Below, one piece after another: positions 17,714 through 26,778 of a stretch of 32,000 bases of DNA. Position numbers and translations under genes: made by a program. The stretch comes from Pseudothioglobus sp. nBUS_23 (GTDB lineage: Bacteria; Pseudomonadota; Gammaproteobacteria; PS1; Pseudothioglobaceae). Where the stretch lies: contig NZ_CP179200.1 in assembly GCF_051201565.1 (NCBI RefSeq), positions 1,290,001 to 1,322,000 of the forward strand. Direction: 5' to 3'. The notes under the pieces are model-generated. The model was not told where the DNA came from, made no database searches, and worked only from the letters and a program-made list of their open reading frames with translations. Position 1 is the first letter of the stretch. The number at the start of each line of letters is the position of its first letter.

Positions 17714-18805
17714 ATGAAAAATAAGTTAAATAGTCTGTTTATAGCTGGAGCACTTGTATTCTCAGCTCAAACAGCGATTGCAGAAGAAGTAGTTAACGTG
17801 CTTAACTGGTCTGACTATATTGATGAACAGGTCAACGAGGACTTTACAGCTGCAACAGGTATTAAAGTCGTTTACGACGTATTTGATTCAAATGAAGTTC
17901 TTGAAGCTAAGCTTCTTGCAGGCGGTTCTGGATATGATGTGGTCGTTCCATCAAGTAGCTTCTTGGCGAGACAAATTCAAGCTGGTGTTTTTCAAAAGCT
18001 TGATAAATCAAAATTATCCAACATTGGTAACATGTGGAGTGATATCGAAGACCAAGTGGCGCAGTTTGGCCCTCTCAATGACTACTCAGTCAACTATATG
18101 TGGGGAACAACTGGAATCGGTTATAACGAAGGCATGATTAATGAAAGAATGGAGAATGCTCCAACATCATCCCTTGCAATGGTGTTTGACCCAGATGTAG
18201 TTTCTAAATTTGCAGACTGTGGTGTTCACTTACTCAATGCGCCTACTGAAATTATTCCAGCAGCACTTGCCTATCTCGGTGAGGATCCAAGAAGTACGGA
18301 CTCTGACGTGATAGCAAAAGCTGAAGCTGTCTTAACTGCAGTTAGACCTCACATTCAAAAATTTCATTCATCGCAATACATTGATGCTCTTGCAAATGGA
18401 GATATCTGTCTAGTTGTTGGCTGGTCAGGTGATATCTTTATGGCGCAGTATGCTGCATGGGATGCTGAAAATGGCGTTGAAATCGTATACTCTATTCCTG
18501 AAGAGGGTGCACTCATGTGGTTTGATCAGTTAGCAGTTCCTAAAGATGCTCCAAACGCTGAAAATGCTCACAAGTACATCAACTGGATTATGGATCCTGA
18601 GCAGATTGCAACAGCTACAAACTATGTATGGTATGCAAACGGTAACTTAGCATCACAGCCGTTACTAGAAGAAGATCTGTTGAATGATCCAGCGGTTTAT
18701 CCAACACCTGAAGTCATGGCTGGCTTATACATCAGCCCTACTTATGACGCCAGGTCACAAAGAGTCATTACTCGGACTTGGACTAAAGTAACTACTGGTC
18801 AGTAA
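17714..18805 (+). CDS. potF: Putrescine/polyamine-binding periplasmic protein (PotF/SpuD family)
   Basis: Signal peptide MKNKLNSLFIAGALVFSAQTAIA, then VLNWSDYI and the PotD/PotF fold. ATG at 17714 follows AAAGGAG; the upstream in-frame 19 codons in the ORF track are unlikely to be translated. Confidence 0.88.
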   Translation: MKNKLNSLFIAGALVFSAQTAIAEEVVNVLNWSDYIDEQVNEDFTAATGIKVVYDVFDSNEVLEAKLLAGGSGYDVVVPSSSFLARQIQAGVFQKLDKSKLSNIGNMWSDIEDQVAQFGPLNDYSVNYMWGTTGIGYNEGMINERMENAPTSSLAMVFDPDVVSKFADCGVHLLNAPTEIIPAALAYLGEDPRSTDSDVIAKAEAVLTAVRPHIQKFHSSQYIDALANGDICLVVGWSGDIFMAQYAAWDAENGVEIVYSIPEEGALMWFDQLAVPKDAPNAENAHKYINWIMDPEQIATATNYVWYANGNLASQPLLEEDLLNDPAVYPTPEVMAGLYISPTYDARSQRVITRTWTKVTTGQ

Positions 18806-18820
18806 TCGTAAATCATAATT

Positions 18821-18853
18821 ACCTTCATGATGCCTAGCATTGTGAAGGTTTTT
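18821..18853 (+). terminator. Rho-independent terminator-like hairpin (probable intra-operon attenuator) between potF and potG
   Basis: ACCTTCATGATGC-cta-GCATTGTGAAGGT forms a 13-bp stem, including two G.U pairs, with a 3-nt loop. It is followed directly by a T-run (18849-18853). Confidence 0.6.
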
Positions 18854-18869
18854 ACTCTATCTAACTTTT

Positions 18870-20000
18870 ATGTCTGAATTGCCCTCGGTCAACCCATGGC
18901 TTGACCCTTCTCAAAAACCCTATATTCAAATTGAAAATGTAACCAAGAAGTTTGGTGACTTCACAGCCATAGATAATCTCAATTTAGATATTTACAAGAA
19001 TGAGTTTTTCTCATTACTCGGCCCCTCAGGATGCGGAAAGACAACTCTTCTTAGAATGCTTGCTGGTTTTGAAAAAGTAACCAATGGAAGAATCCTATTG
19101 GATGGTGAAGATATTTCTGAGATTCCTCCTCATCTGAGACCCATCAACATGATGTTTCAATCCTACGCTTTATTTCCTCACATGACGGTTGAAAAAAATA
19201 TAGCTTTTGGGCTGAAGCAAGACAATCTCCCACCTAATGAAATCAATCAAAGAGTTGAGGAAATGCTTCAATTGGTTGAGCTTACAGATTTTGCCAAAAG
19301 AAAACCGAATCAGTTATCTGGCGGACAAAGTCAGCGTGTTGCTCTAGCTAGAAGTCTTGCAAAGAGGCCTAAATTATTGCTTCTTGATGAGCCATTAGGA
19401 GCGCTTGATAAGAGACTTAGAGAGCAAACTCAGTTCGAACTTATGGATATTCAAGAGAAACTTGAAGTGACCTTTGTTATCGTAACCCACGACCAAGAAG
19501 AAGCAATGACAGTCTCGAGTCGCATCGGTGTTATGGATTCAGGAAACTTAGTTCAAGTAGCAACCCCTACAGAGATTTATGAAGCACCAGTCAATAAGGA
19601 TGTCGCTGACTTTATTGGAGATGTTAATATTCTTAGGGGAATCTACAAGGGTCAAAATGATGTAGGCACTCAGCTCCACTCAGATGATTCAGACTCGATT
19701 GTTTTTGCAACGCAGGAGGTCGGTGCATCGACTGGAGATGAAATGTGGTTCGCAATTAGGCCTGAAAAACTTGAAATCTCAAAAAAGAAGCCAACAGATC
19801 AGCACAATATTTTAAATGGTAGGATCGAAGATATTGCTTATGGCGGTAGCTTCTCTACATATCATGTTCGGCTCGATAATGGCAGAATTCTCAAAGCGAT
19901 TCGTGCCAATCGAGTTAGAACTGAAGAACATCACCTGACATGGGAAGATGAAGTCTATCTTCATTGGGCTCCTCACTCTGCAGTTGTTCTACTATCTTAA
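18870..20000 (+). CDS. potG: Polyamine ABC transporter ATP-binding protein
   Basis: Walker A GPSGCGKTT, signature LSGGQSQRVALAR, Walker B LLLLDEP, plus a C-terminal TOBE-like regulatory domain, as in PotA/PotG. Confidence 0.9.
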   Translation: MSELPSVNPWLDPSQKPYIQIENVTKKFGDFTAIDNLNLDIYKNEFFSLLGPSGCGKTTLLRMLAGFEKVTNGRILLDGEDISEIPPHLRPINMMFQSYALFPHMTVEKNIAFGLKQDNLPPNEINQRVEEMLQLVELTDFAKRKPNQLSGGQSQRVALARSLAKRPKLLLLDEPLGALDKRLREQTQFELMDIQEKLEVTFVIVTHDQEEAMTVSSRIGVMDSGNLVQVATPTEIYEAPVNKDVADFIGDVNILRGIYKGQNDVGTQLHSDDSDSIVFATQEVGASTGDEMWFAIRPEKLEISKKKPTDQHNILNGRIEDIAYGGSFSTYHVRLDNGRILKAIRANRVRTEEHHLTWEDEVYLHWAPHSAVVLLS

Positions 20001-20006
20001 ATTTTG

Positions 20007-20921
20007 ATGGTTACTAGTCAAAGAACTCAAAGCCTCTTGAAATCTATTTTCAGTGGAAGGCGAGCTGTTATAGCGATTCCATATTTGTGGCTGTTAATGT
20101 TTTTTATGCTGCCATTTATCTTTGTTTTAAAGATAAGTCTTGCAGAACCCATCATGGCAATACCGCCCTATACGGCACTTCTTGAGTGGGGCGACTCCTT
20201 TTTTCCTTCTATTCGTGCCAGTCTTGAGAGTTACTTGTTTTTATTCAGCGACTCTCTTTATATTAAAGCCTACCTCTCTAGCTTAAAGATTGCAATTATC
20301 TCTACGATACTCACGCTCATTATTGGGTATTCAATTGCCTATAGCGTTGCCAAGGCTCCAACTCGTTGGAGAGGAGTCCTATTGATGCTTGTTATTCTGC
20401 CCTTCTGGACTTCTTTTCTAATTCGGGTCTATGCGTGGATTGGAATCCTTAAGACTGAAGGCCTTTTAAATTTGGCTTTAATGTCGATTGGCATTATTGA
20501 TAAGCCTCTCATCATAATGAATACTGACCTTGCTGTTTATATAGGAATTGTCTACTCCTACCTCCCATTTATGATTTTACCTCTCTACGCTAATTTAGAA
20601 AAAATGGATATGAGCCTTTTAGAGGCTGCAGCAGATTTGGGGTGTAGACCCTTTAAAACTTTTTGGACTGTGACTATTCCACTCTCAATACCTGGCATTC
20701 TTGCTGGCTGCTTTTTAGTCTTTATTCCTGTCATGGGTGAGTTTGTGATTCCAGACCTTCTTGGCGGCACTAAAACCCTTATGATTGGTAAAGTGCTGTG
20801 GACAGAGTTCTTCTATAACCGAGACTGGCCGGTAGCCTCAGCAGTTGCAATAATATTGTTAGCCTTGTTGGTAGTCCCGATCATGCTTTATCAAAAGTCA
20901 CAAGAAAAGGCAATCTCATGA
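20007..20921 (+). CDS. potH: Polyamine ABC transporter permease
   Basis: Six-TM permease with EAA loop LEAAADLGCRPFKTFWTVTIPLSIPG. ATG at 20007; the TTG at 20004 is also possible. Confidence 0.88.
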   Translation: MVTSQRTQSLLKSIFSGRRAVIAIPYLWLLMFFMLPFIFVLKISLAEPIMAIPPYTALLEWGDSFFPSIRASLESYLFLFSDSLYIKAYLSSLKIAIISTILTLIIGYSIAYSVAKAPTRWRGVLLMLVILPFWTSFLIRVYAWIGILKTEGLLNLALMSIGIIDKPLIIMNTDLAVYIGIVYSYLPFMILPLYANLEKMDMSLLEAAADLGCRPFKTFWTVTIPLSIPGILAGCFLVFIPVMGEFVIPDLLGGTKTLMIGKVLWTEFFYNRDWPVASAVAIILLALLVVPIMLYQKSQEKAIS

Positions 20922-21706
20922 AGAAGTTTGGAAACTTTAATATTGCTGCCCTAGTCATTGGATTTTCTTTTCTATACATCCCGATCATATTGCTCATACT
21001 GTTTAGTTTTAATGAATCAAGACTAGTGACAGTTTGGGGCGGATTCTCTACAAAGTGGTATGGTGAACTGATGCAAAATCAGGGCATAAAAGATGCGGCT
21101 TGGGTTACGATCAAGGTTGCATTTGTCTCCTCTACTATGGCAACTATTCTTGGAACCATTGCAGGCTTAGTCATGACTCGTTTTGGCAGTTTTAAAGGAA
21201 GGACTCTTTTTTCAGGGATGATCTATGCACCCATGGTCATGCCTGAGGTGATCATCGGTCTATCTACCTTACTCATGTTTGTTGCGCTCGCTGTTGATAG
21301 GGGCGTATTTACCGTAACTCTTGCTCATATCACCTTTTCAATGTGCTACGTTGCGGTCGTTATACAATCCAGAATGTCTAGTTACGATGACAGTATTACC
21401 GAGGCGGCGCTTGATTTGGGTTGTACGCCGTTCAGAACTTTTATATTAATAACACTTCCAATCATTCTACCTGCTGTCATTTCTGGATGGCTATTATCAT
21501 TCACTCTGTCCCTTGATGATCTTGTGATTGCAAGCTTTACATCAGGTCCCGGCTCTACAACCCTACCCATGAAAATTTATTCAATGGTCAGACTCGGAGT
21601 TACGCCCGAAATCAATGCAGTTTCAACAATACTGGTTGGACTTGTTACGCTTGGCGTTGTAACAGCATCAATTATTGGCAGGAGACAAAAACAACAAACT
21701 ATCTAA
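20918..21706 (+). CDS. potI: Polyamine ABC transporter permease
   Basis: EAA loop TEAALDLGCTPFRTFILITLPIILP. ATGA overlap with the potH stop. Confidence 0.88.
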   Translation: MKKFGNFNIAALVIGFSFLYIPIILLILFSFNESRLVTVWGGFSTKWYGELMQNQGIKDAAWVTIKVAFVSSTMATILGTIAGLVMTRFGSFKGRTLFSGMIYAPMVMPEVIIGLSTLLMFVALAVDRGVFTVTLAHITFSMCYVAVVIQSRMSSYDDSITEAALDLGCTPFRTFILITLPIILPAVISGWLLSFTLSLDDLVIASFTSGPGSTTLPMKIYSMVRLGVTPEINAVSTILVGLVTLGVVTASIIGRRQKQQTI

Positions 21707-21787
21707 TTCTGAGCAGTTTCAGGGACACTTTTATCCCCAAGGCTATTATAATTAGCCTCTTTCAATAAATATGAACAAGGTTTAAGT

Positions 21788-23242
21788 ATGTTAACGAATT
21801 CTAGTCTTTTAAAAGAGCATGGCTATGTCAACGGTCAATGGGTTGGCGATGATGCAAAATCTCGCTTTGATGTCACCAATGCCTATTCGAATGAGGTGAT
21901 TAGCTCTCTTCCTGATATGGGTAAAAAAGAGACTGATGAGGCCATTGATGCAGCAAATAATGCCTGGCCTGAATGGAGAGCAAGAACAGCCAAAGAGAGA
22001 GCTGGCATTCTTAAAAAGTGGTTTGATCTGATTATGGCTAATCAAGAAGACCTTGCGATTTTAATGACAGCTGAACAAGGAAAGCCAATTGCTGAGGCTA
22101 GAGGTGAGGTTGGATACGGAGCATCCTTTATTGAGTGGTTTGCCGAAGAAGGCAAGAGAACCTATGGAGATGTCATCCCAACTCCTGCCAATGACAGAAG
22201 GATTTTGGTTATCAAACAGCCTATTGGTGTGGTTGCATCCATTACGCCTTGGAATTTCCCAATAGCTATGATTACTAGAAAATGCGCACCTGCCCTAGCA
22301 GCAGGTTGCCCAGTGGTCATTAAGCCAGCCGCTGAGACTCCTTTATCTGCACTGGCCATTGCCGAACTTGCAGATCAAGCCGGAATCCCCAAAGGCATTT
22401 TAAATGTCGTTGTTGGAACCAACTCATCTGAGATTGGAAAGGCGTTGACAGACAGCCCTGTTGTTCGTAAACTCTCCTTCACTGGATCAACCGCGGTTGG
22501 AAAAATCTTAACTCGAAACTGCGCTGATACAATGAAAAAAGTATCGATGGAGCTTGGTGGTAATGCTCCTTTCATCGTTTTTGATGATGCTGATTTAGAG
22601 TCAGCAGTGTCTGGCGCACTTATTTCTAAATTCAGAAATACAGGGCAAACCTGCGTATGTACAAATCGATTTATTGTTCAGGAAGGCATCTACGATAAAT
22701 TTGTTGAAAAACTCGGTGAAGCTGTTCAAACTCTCAACGTAGGTTATGGAATGGACGAGGGAATCAACCAAGGCCCTCTCATCAGTTTCAAGGCTCTAGA
22801 CAAAGTAAAAGACCACTTAGCAGATGCAGTTGACAGGGGTGCGGTCATTGTGGCTGGCGGCAAACCTCACAAGAATGGCGGCACTATGTTTGAGCCAACC
22901 GTCATTAGTAATGTCGATACCTCAATGAAAATGGCTTCTGAGGAAACCTTTGGACCTCTTGCTCCCGTCTTCAAATTCAAAACTGAAGACGAAGCAATTA
23001 AGCTTGCAAATGATACTGAGTTTGGATTAGCCTCCTACTTCTATACTAAAGATATAAATCGCATCTGGCGCGTTTCTGAAGCTCTAGAATACGGAATGGT
23101 TGGCATCAATGAAGGCGTTATCTCTAACGAAGTGGCTCCATTCGGCGGCGTTAAAGAATCTGGCTTAGGAAGAGAAGGCTCACACTATGGAATTGATGAT
23201 TTCATGGAACTCAAATATATCTGTATGGGTGGACTTAAGTAG
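21788..23242 (+). CDS. gabD: Succinate-semialdehyde dehydrogenase (NAD(P)+)
   Basis: Colinear with E. coli GabD: IKQPIGVVASITPWNFP, ELGGNAPFIVFDDADL, FRNTGQTCVCTNR (catalytic Cys), EETFGPLAP, NDTEFGLASYFY. Confidence 0.9.
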   Translation: MLTNSSLLKEHGYVNGQWVGDDAKSRFDVTNAYSNEVISSLPDMGKKETDEAIDAANNAWPEWRARTAKERAGILKKWFDLIMANQEDLAILMTAEQGKPIAEARGEVGYGASFIEWFAEEGKRTYGDVIPTPANDRRILVIKQPIGVVASITPWNFPIAMITRKCAPALAAGCPVVIKPAAETPLSALAIAELADQAGIPKGILNVVVGTNSSEIGKALTDSPVVRKLSFTGSTAVGKILTRNCADTMKKVSMELGGNAPFIVFDDADLESAVSGALISKFRNTGQTCVCTNRFIVQEGIYDKFVEKLGEAVQTLNVGYGMDEGINQGPLISFKALDKVKDHLADAVDRGAVIVAGGKPHKNGGTMFEPTVISNVDTSMKMASEETFGPLAPVFKFKTEDEAIKLANDTEFGLASYFYTKDINRIWRVSEALEYGMVGINEGVISNEVAPFGGVKESGLGREGSHYGIDDFMELKYICMGGLK

Positions 23243-23329
23243 GTTCTTTTATGATAATGATTGAATAATTCTACTCAATCGTTATCACAACATTTTTAAA
23301 CATGATTTCTAGTGAGGCATTTCGCTGGT

Positions 23330-23338
23330 TGGTATAAT
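23330..23338 (+). promoter_or_regulatory. Candidate extended -10 promoter element for hom-thrC
   Basis: TGGTATAAT (TGn + perfect TATAAT at 23333-23338) lies 29 nt upstream of the hom ATG. No convincing -35, which an extended -10 can tolerate. Confidence 0.4.
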
Positions 23339-23366
23339 GTCGCATTCGAATTTATAAATTACAAAA

Positions 23367-24644
23367 ATGAAAGTTGGAATTCTTGGCCTCGGAACTGTTG
23401 GAGGCGGCGTCGTAAATGTGCTCCAGAAAAATAGTAAGTCTATCAAGAGGCGAACTGGAGTAGAGATAGAGCTTGTTATCGCTGGTGTTCGTGATATTTC
23501 TAAAAAACGCATTTGCGATACAAAAAAAATTCATTTAACGGAAGATCCATTTGAGGTAGTCAATCACCCTGATATTGATGTAGTCCTCGAGCTTATTGGT
23601 GGCTTTGGGCTTGCTAAGGAGCTTGTTGAAAAGGCAATCAATAATGGTAAACATATAATCACTGCCAACAAAGCACTTATAGGGAACCATGGGAATGAAC
23701 TCATTAAGCTTGCAAACAAGAAGAAAGTTCGATTCCTGTTTGAGGCTTCAGTAGCGGGTGGAATTCCAATCATTAAAGCCCTAGAGCAAGGACTTAGTGC
23801 AAACAACGTTGAGTCAGTTGCTGGAATCATTAATGGTACCGGTAACTTTATCCTAACGGATATGAAAGAGAAAGGTAGAGACTTTAATGATGTATTAAAA
23901 GAGGCTCAAGCACTCGGATATGCTGAAGAGGATCCAACCTTTGATATTGAAGGGATTGATGCTGCTCATAAACTCTCGATATTGGCTGCCATTGCCTTTG
24001 GAACAGAAATTCAATTTGATAAAATCTATACAAAGGGTATAAGTAATATTTCAACCGAGGACATTCTCCATGCCACAGAGCTCGGATACACGATTAAGCA
24101 TCTTGGAATTGCAAAAAGAGCTGAAAATGGGATTGAATTACGCGTTCACCCTACTCTCGTTCCCAACAATAAACTCATCGCTCAGGTTGATGGGGTGATG
24201 AATGCTGTTATGGTTAAAAGTGATGCCTTAGGTACAAGCCTTTACTACGGCCCGGGAGCAGGAGATGAAGCAACAGCCTCAGCAGTTATTGCAGACTTAA
24301 ATGATATTATCAATAATCAAACCAGTAACCACACCTTGGGCTGGAAGTCACAACAAAAAATTAAAGTTGTTGACAACAACTCGATTCATAGTGAGTTCTT
24401 TTTGAGACTTTTAGTGACTGATGTAAAGGGGGTCCTTGCCAAGGTGACAGGAATATTTAATGATCACAACGTGAGTATTGAAGCCCTCATTCAAAAACAA
24501 GTGGATGAGAATAATAATGCTCACATTGCAATCACTACGGACAAAGTCAGCACTAAAACTGTGATGAGCATTAAAGATAAAATTGAAGCAAGTGAATTCA
24601 ATCAGGCTGACGTTCAAATTATTCATATTGAATTACTAGACTAA
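23367..24644 (+). CDS. hom: Homoserine dehydrogenase
   Basis: N-terminal GLGTVGGGV NAD(P)-binding fold, catalytic central domain (ANKALI.., FEASVAGGIPII) and a C-terminal ACT-like regulatory domain. Confidence 0.9.
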   Translation: MKVGILGLGTVGGGVVNVLQKNSKSIKRRTGVEIELVIAGVRDISKKRICDTKKIHLTEDPFEVVNHPDIDVVLELIGGFGLAKELVEKAINNGKHIITANKALIGNHGNELIKLANKKKVRFLFEASVAGGIPIIKALEQGLSANNVESVAGIINGTGNFILTDMKEKGRDFNDVLKEAQALGYAEEDPTFDIEGIDAAHKLSILAAIAFGTEIQFDKIYTKGISNISTEDILHATELGYTIKHLGIAKRAENGIELRVHPTLVPNNKLIAQVDGVMNAVMVKSDALGTSLYYGPGAGDEATASAVIADLNDIINNQTSNHTLGWKSQQKIKVVDNNSIHSEFFLRLLVTDVKGVLAKVTGIFNDHNVSIEALIQKQVDENNNAHIAITTDKVSTKTVMSIKDKIEASEFNQADVQIIHIELLD

Positions 24645-24660
24645 GTTTTTTGGGGCACAT

Positions 24661-25728
24661 ATGAGATATACAGGATTAATTGAGAGATATAGAGACCGAT
24701 TGCCAGTCGGAGATAAAACTCGCCTCATCAGCCTAGGTGAGGGAAACACCCCTCTCATCAGACTTGAAAACATTCCTTGTGAAATGGGAACACAAGTTGA
24801 ACTTTACATCAAGTATGAAGGCCTAAATCCAACAGGATCTTTTAAAGACCGCGGGATGACTATGGCTGTCACCAAGGCTGTTGAAAGTGGCTCAAAGGCC
24901 ATTATATGCGCGTCTACAGGAAACACTTCGGCAGCTGCAGCAGCATATGCAGCGAGAGCTGGCATTAAAGCTTTTGTCGTTATTCCTGAAGGAAAAATTG
25001 CCCTTGGAAAGCTTGCCCAAGCCATGATTCATGGGTCAACCATTATTCAAATTAAAGGTAATTTTGATGATGGAATGCAACTCGTCAAAGAAGTGGCAGA
25101 GTTTGCTCCAGTTTCAATTGTAAACTCAATTAACCCTTTTAGATTGCAAGGCCAAAAGACAGCTGCATTTGAAATTATTGAAGAGCTTGGTCATGCGCCG
25201 GATTATCATTGCTTGCCTGTTGGTAATGCTGGAAATATAACAGCTCATTGGATGGGTTATACTGAATACTTTGAGGCGGGTAAGGCCTCCTCAACGCCAA
25301 CAATGCTAGGGTACCAAGCTGAAGGCGCGGCCCCTTTTATTCATGGCTCAAGAGTGGAAAAACCTGAAACTATTGCAACAGCGATAAGAATTGGAAACCC
25401 ACAAAGCTGGGATAAGGCATTAAAACTCAGCAAAGACTCTAATGGCTGGTTTGACTGCTTTTCAGATAAAGAAATCCTCGCAACACAAAAACTATTGACT
25501 GAAAAAGAAGGAATTTTTTGTGAGCCAGCTTCCGCTATCTCGGTTGCCGGTGCACTAAAAGATATCGAGTCTGGAAAGATACCAGATGGGTCAAGTGTGG
25601 TTTGTACTCTGACGGGTCATGGTCTTAAGGATCCAGATACGGCAATATCGCAGTGTGATACTGGTGCAATGATTAATATTAACCCAACGCTGGAAGAGGT
25701 TAAAAAAGCTATCCTTGATAATATGTAG
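24661..25728 (+). CDS. thrC: Threonine synthase (short form)
   Basis: PLP-lysine motif LNPTGSFKDRGMT, ASTGNTSAA and a fold-type II PLP body. Directly downstream of hom. Confidence 0.9.
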   Translation: MRYTGLIERYRDRLPVGDKTRLISLGEGNTPLIRLENIPCEMGTQVELYIKYEGLNPTGSFKDRGMTMAVTKAVESGSKAIICASTGNTSAAAAAYAARAGIKAFVVIPEGKIALGKLAQAMIHGSTIIQIKGNFDDGMQLVKEVAEFAPVSIVNSINPFRLQGQKTAAFEIIEELGHAPDYHCLPVGNAGNITAHWMGYTEYFEAGKASSTPTMLGYQAEGAAPFIHGSRVEKPETIATAIRIGNPQSWDKALKLSKDSNGWFDCFSDKEILATQKLLTEKEGIFCEPASAISVAGALKDIESGKIPDGSSVVCTLTGHGLKDPDTAISQCDTGAMININPTLEEVKKAILDNM

Positions 25729-25771
25729 TTTTTTTCTGGCTGTAAAAGTTTATGATACTATCTAAGGATTT

Positions 25772-26671
25772 ATGAGCAAACAGCACTACAAAACAATTGA
25801 TCAGTGCGTAGGAGGGACTCCCTTAGTCCGGCTTCAGCGTTTGAATCCAAATCCATCAAACATTATTCTGGCAAAGCTTGAAGGAAATAATCCTGCTGGC
25901 TCTGTAAAAGATCGTGCAGCACTAAACATGATCAACGAAGCTGAAAATAGAGGTGATATTAAGCCAGGAGATAGACTTATTGAGGCTACAAGTGGAAATA
26001 CCGGTATAGCATTAGCAATGGTCGCAGCAATCAAAGGCTACAAGATGACTCTTATTATGCAGGAGAACTTGTCCCAAGAGAGAAGGGATGCGATGACAGC
26101 CTATGGTGCAGAGCTCATTCTGGTTTCTAAGGAGCTTGGCATGGAAGGAGCGAGAGATCTAGCCAATGAAATGAGTGATGAAGGGAAAGGTCTTCAGCTC
26201 AATCAGTTTGCTAATGAAGATAATCCAAAAGCTCATTTGTCTTCTACAGCTCAAGAGATATGGAGCGATACCAATGGTGAGATTACTCATTTTGTGAGCT
26301 CAATGGGTACTACTGGAACCATTATGGGCGTTTCAAAATACTTAAAAGAAAAGAAACCTTCAATCCAAATTATTGGCATACAGCCTGATGGGGAATCTCA
26401 TATACCTGGCATTAGGCGCTGGCCTGAGGGCTACCTTCCAACGATCTTTGATTCTTCAAGAGTTGATAGGATTATGGATGTATCTCAATCAAGTGCAGAG
26501 CAAGCCACCAGAGATCTGGCAACGCATGAGGGCATCTTTTCTGGCATATCTGCTGGAGGAGCTGTGGCATCCGCAATTGAACTGTCTAAACAGGTTGATG
26601 ATGCGGTTATTGTCACCATTATCTGCGATCGAGGAGATCGATACCTATCCACAGGGGTTTTTAAGCCCTAG
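25772..26671 (+). CDS. cysM: Cysteine synthase B (O-acetylserine sulfhydrylase)
   Basis: Colinear with E. coli CysM: LEGNNPAGSVKDRAAL, IEATSGNTGIALAM, HFVSSMGTTGTI, IPGIRRWP, ICDRGDRYLSTGVF. Confidence 0.88.
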   Translation: MSKQHYKTIDQCVGGTPLVRLQRLNPNPSNIILAKLEGNNPAGSVKDRAALNMINEAENRGDIKPGDRLIEATSGNTGIALAMVAAIKGYKMTLIMQENLSQERRDAMTAYGAELILVSKELGMEGARDLANEMSDEGKGLQLNQFANEDNPKAHLSSTAQEIWSDTNGEITHFVSSMGTTGTIMGVSKYLKEKKPSIQIIGIQPDGESHIPGIRRWPEGYLPTIFDSSRVDRIMDVSQSSAEQATRDLATHEGIFSGISAGGAVASAIELSKQVDDAVIVTIICDRGDRYLSTGVFKP

Positions 26672-26700
26672 AATCTAACTATTTTTTGAAACTTAATACG

Positions 26701-26742
26701 TTTTGATGACTAGATTAACATCAAAATATGTGTACAATTGTA
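26701..26742. promoter_or_regulatory. Inverted repeat plus 10-bp palindrome upstream of the amino-acid ABC transporter operon
   Basis: TTTTGATG (26701-26708), N10, CATCAAAA (26719-26726) is a perfect 8-bp inverted repeat. TACAATTGTA (26733-26742) is a perfect palindrome containing a TACAAT -10-like hexamer. It lies 37 nt upstream of the ATG at 26779. Confidence 0.3.
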
Positions 26743-26778
26743 GGTTCGTAAATTCTTAAACACATAAAGGAGAAATAA

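Noticed and set aside
21740-21758. AGGCTA-ttataat-TAGCCT hairpin between potI and gabD, considered as a terminator.
   Set aside because: The stem is only 6 bp and there is no clean T-run. The loop is itself a perfect TATAAT that could equally be a gabD promoter -10. The evidence is too ambiguous to annotate as either.
23251-23280. Mini-ORF ATG ATA ATG ATT GAA TAA (MIMIE) overlapping a GATTGA-N10-TCAATC hairpin upstream of hom, considered as a Met/Ile-sensing leader peptide or attenuator.
   Set aside because: It has only five sense codons and no Shine-Dalgarno. The stem is 6 bp and AT-rich with no following U-run. The best promoter candidate (23330-23338) lies downstream of it. This is most likely chance in AT-rich spacer.
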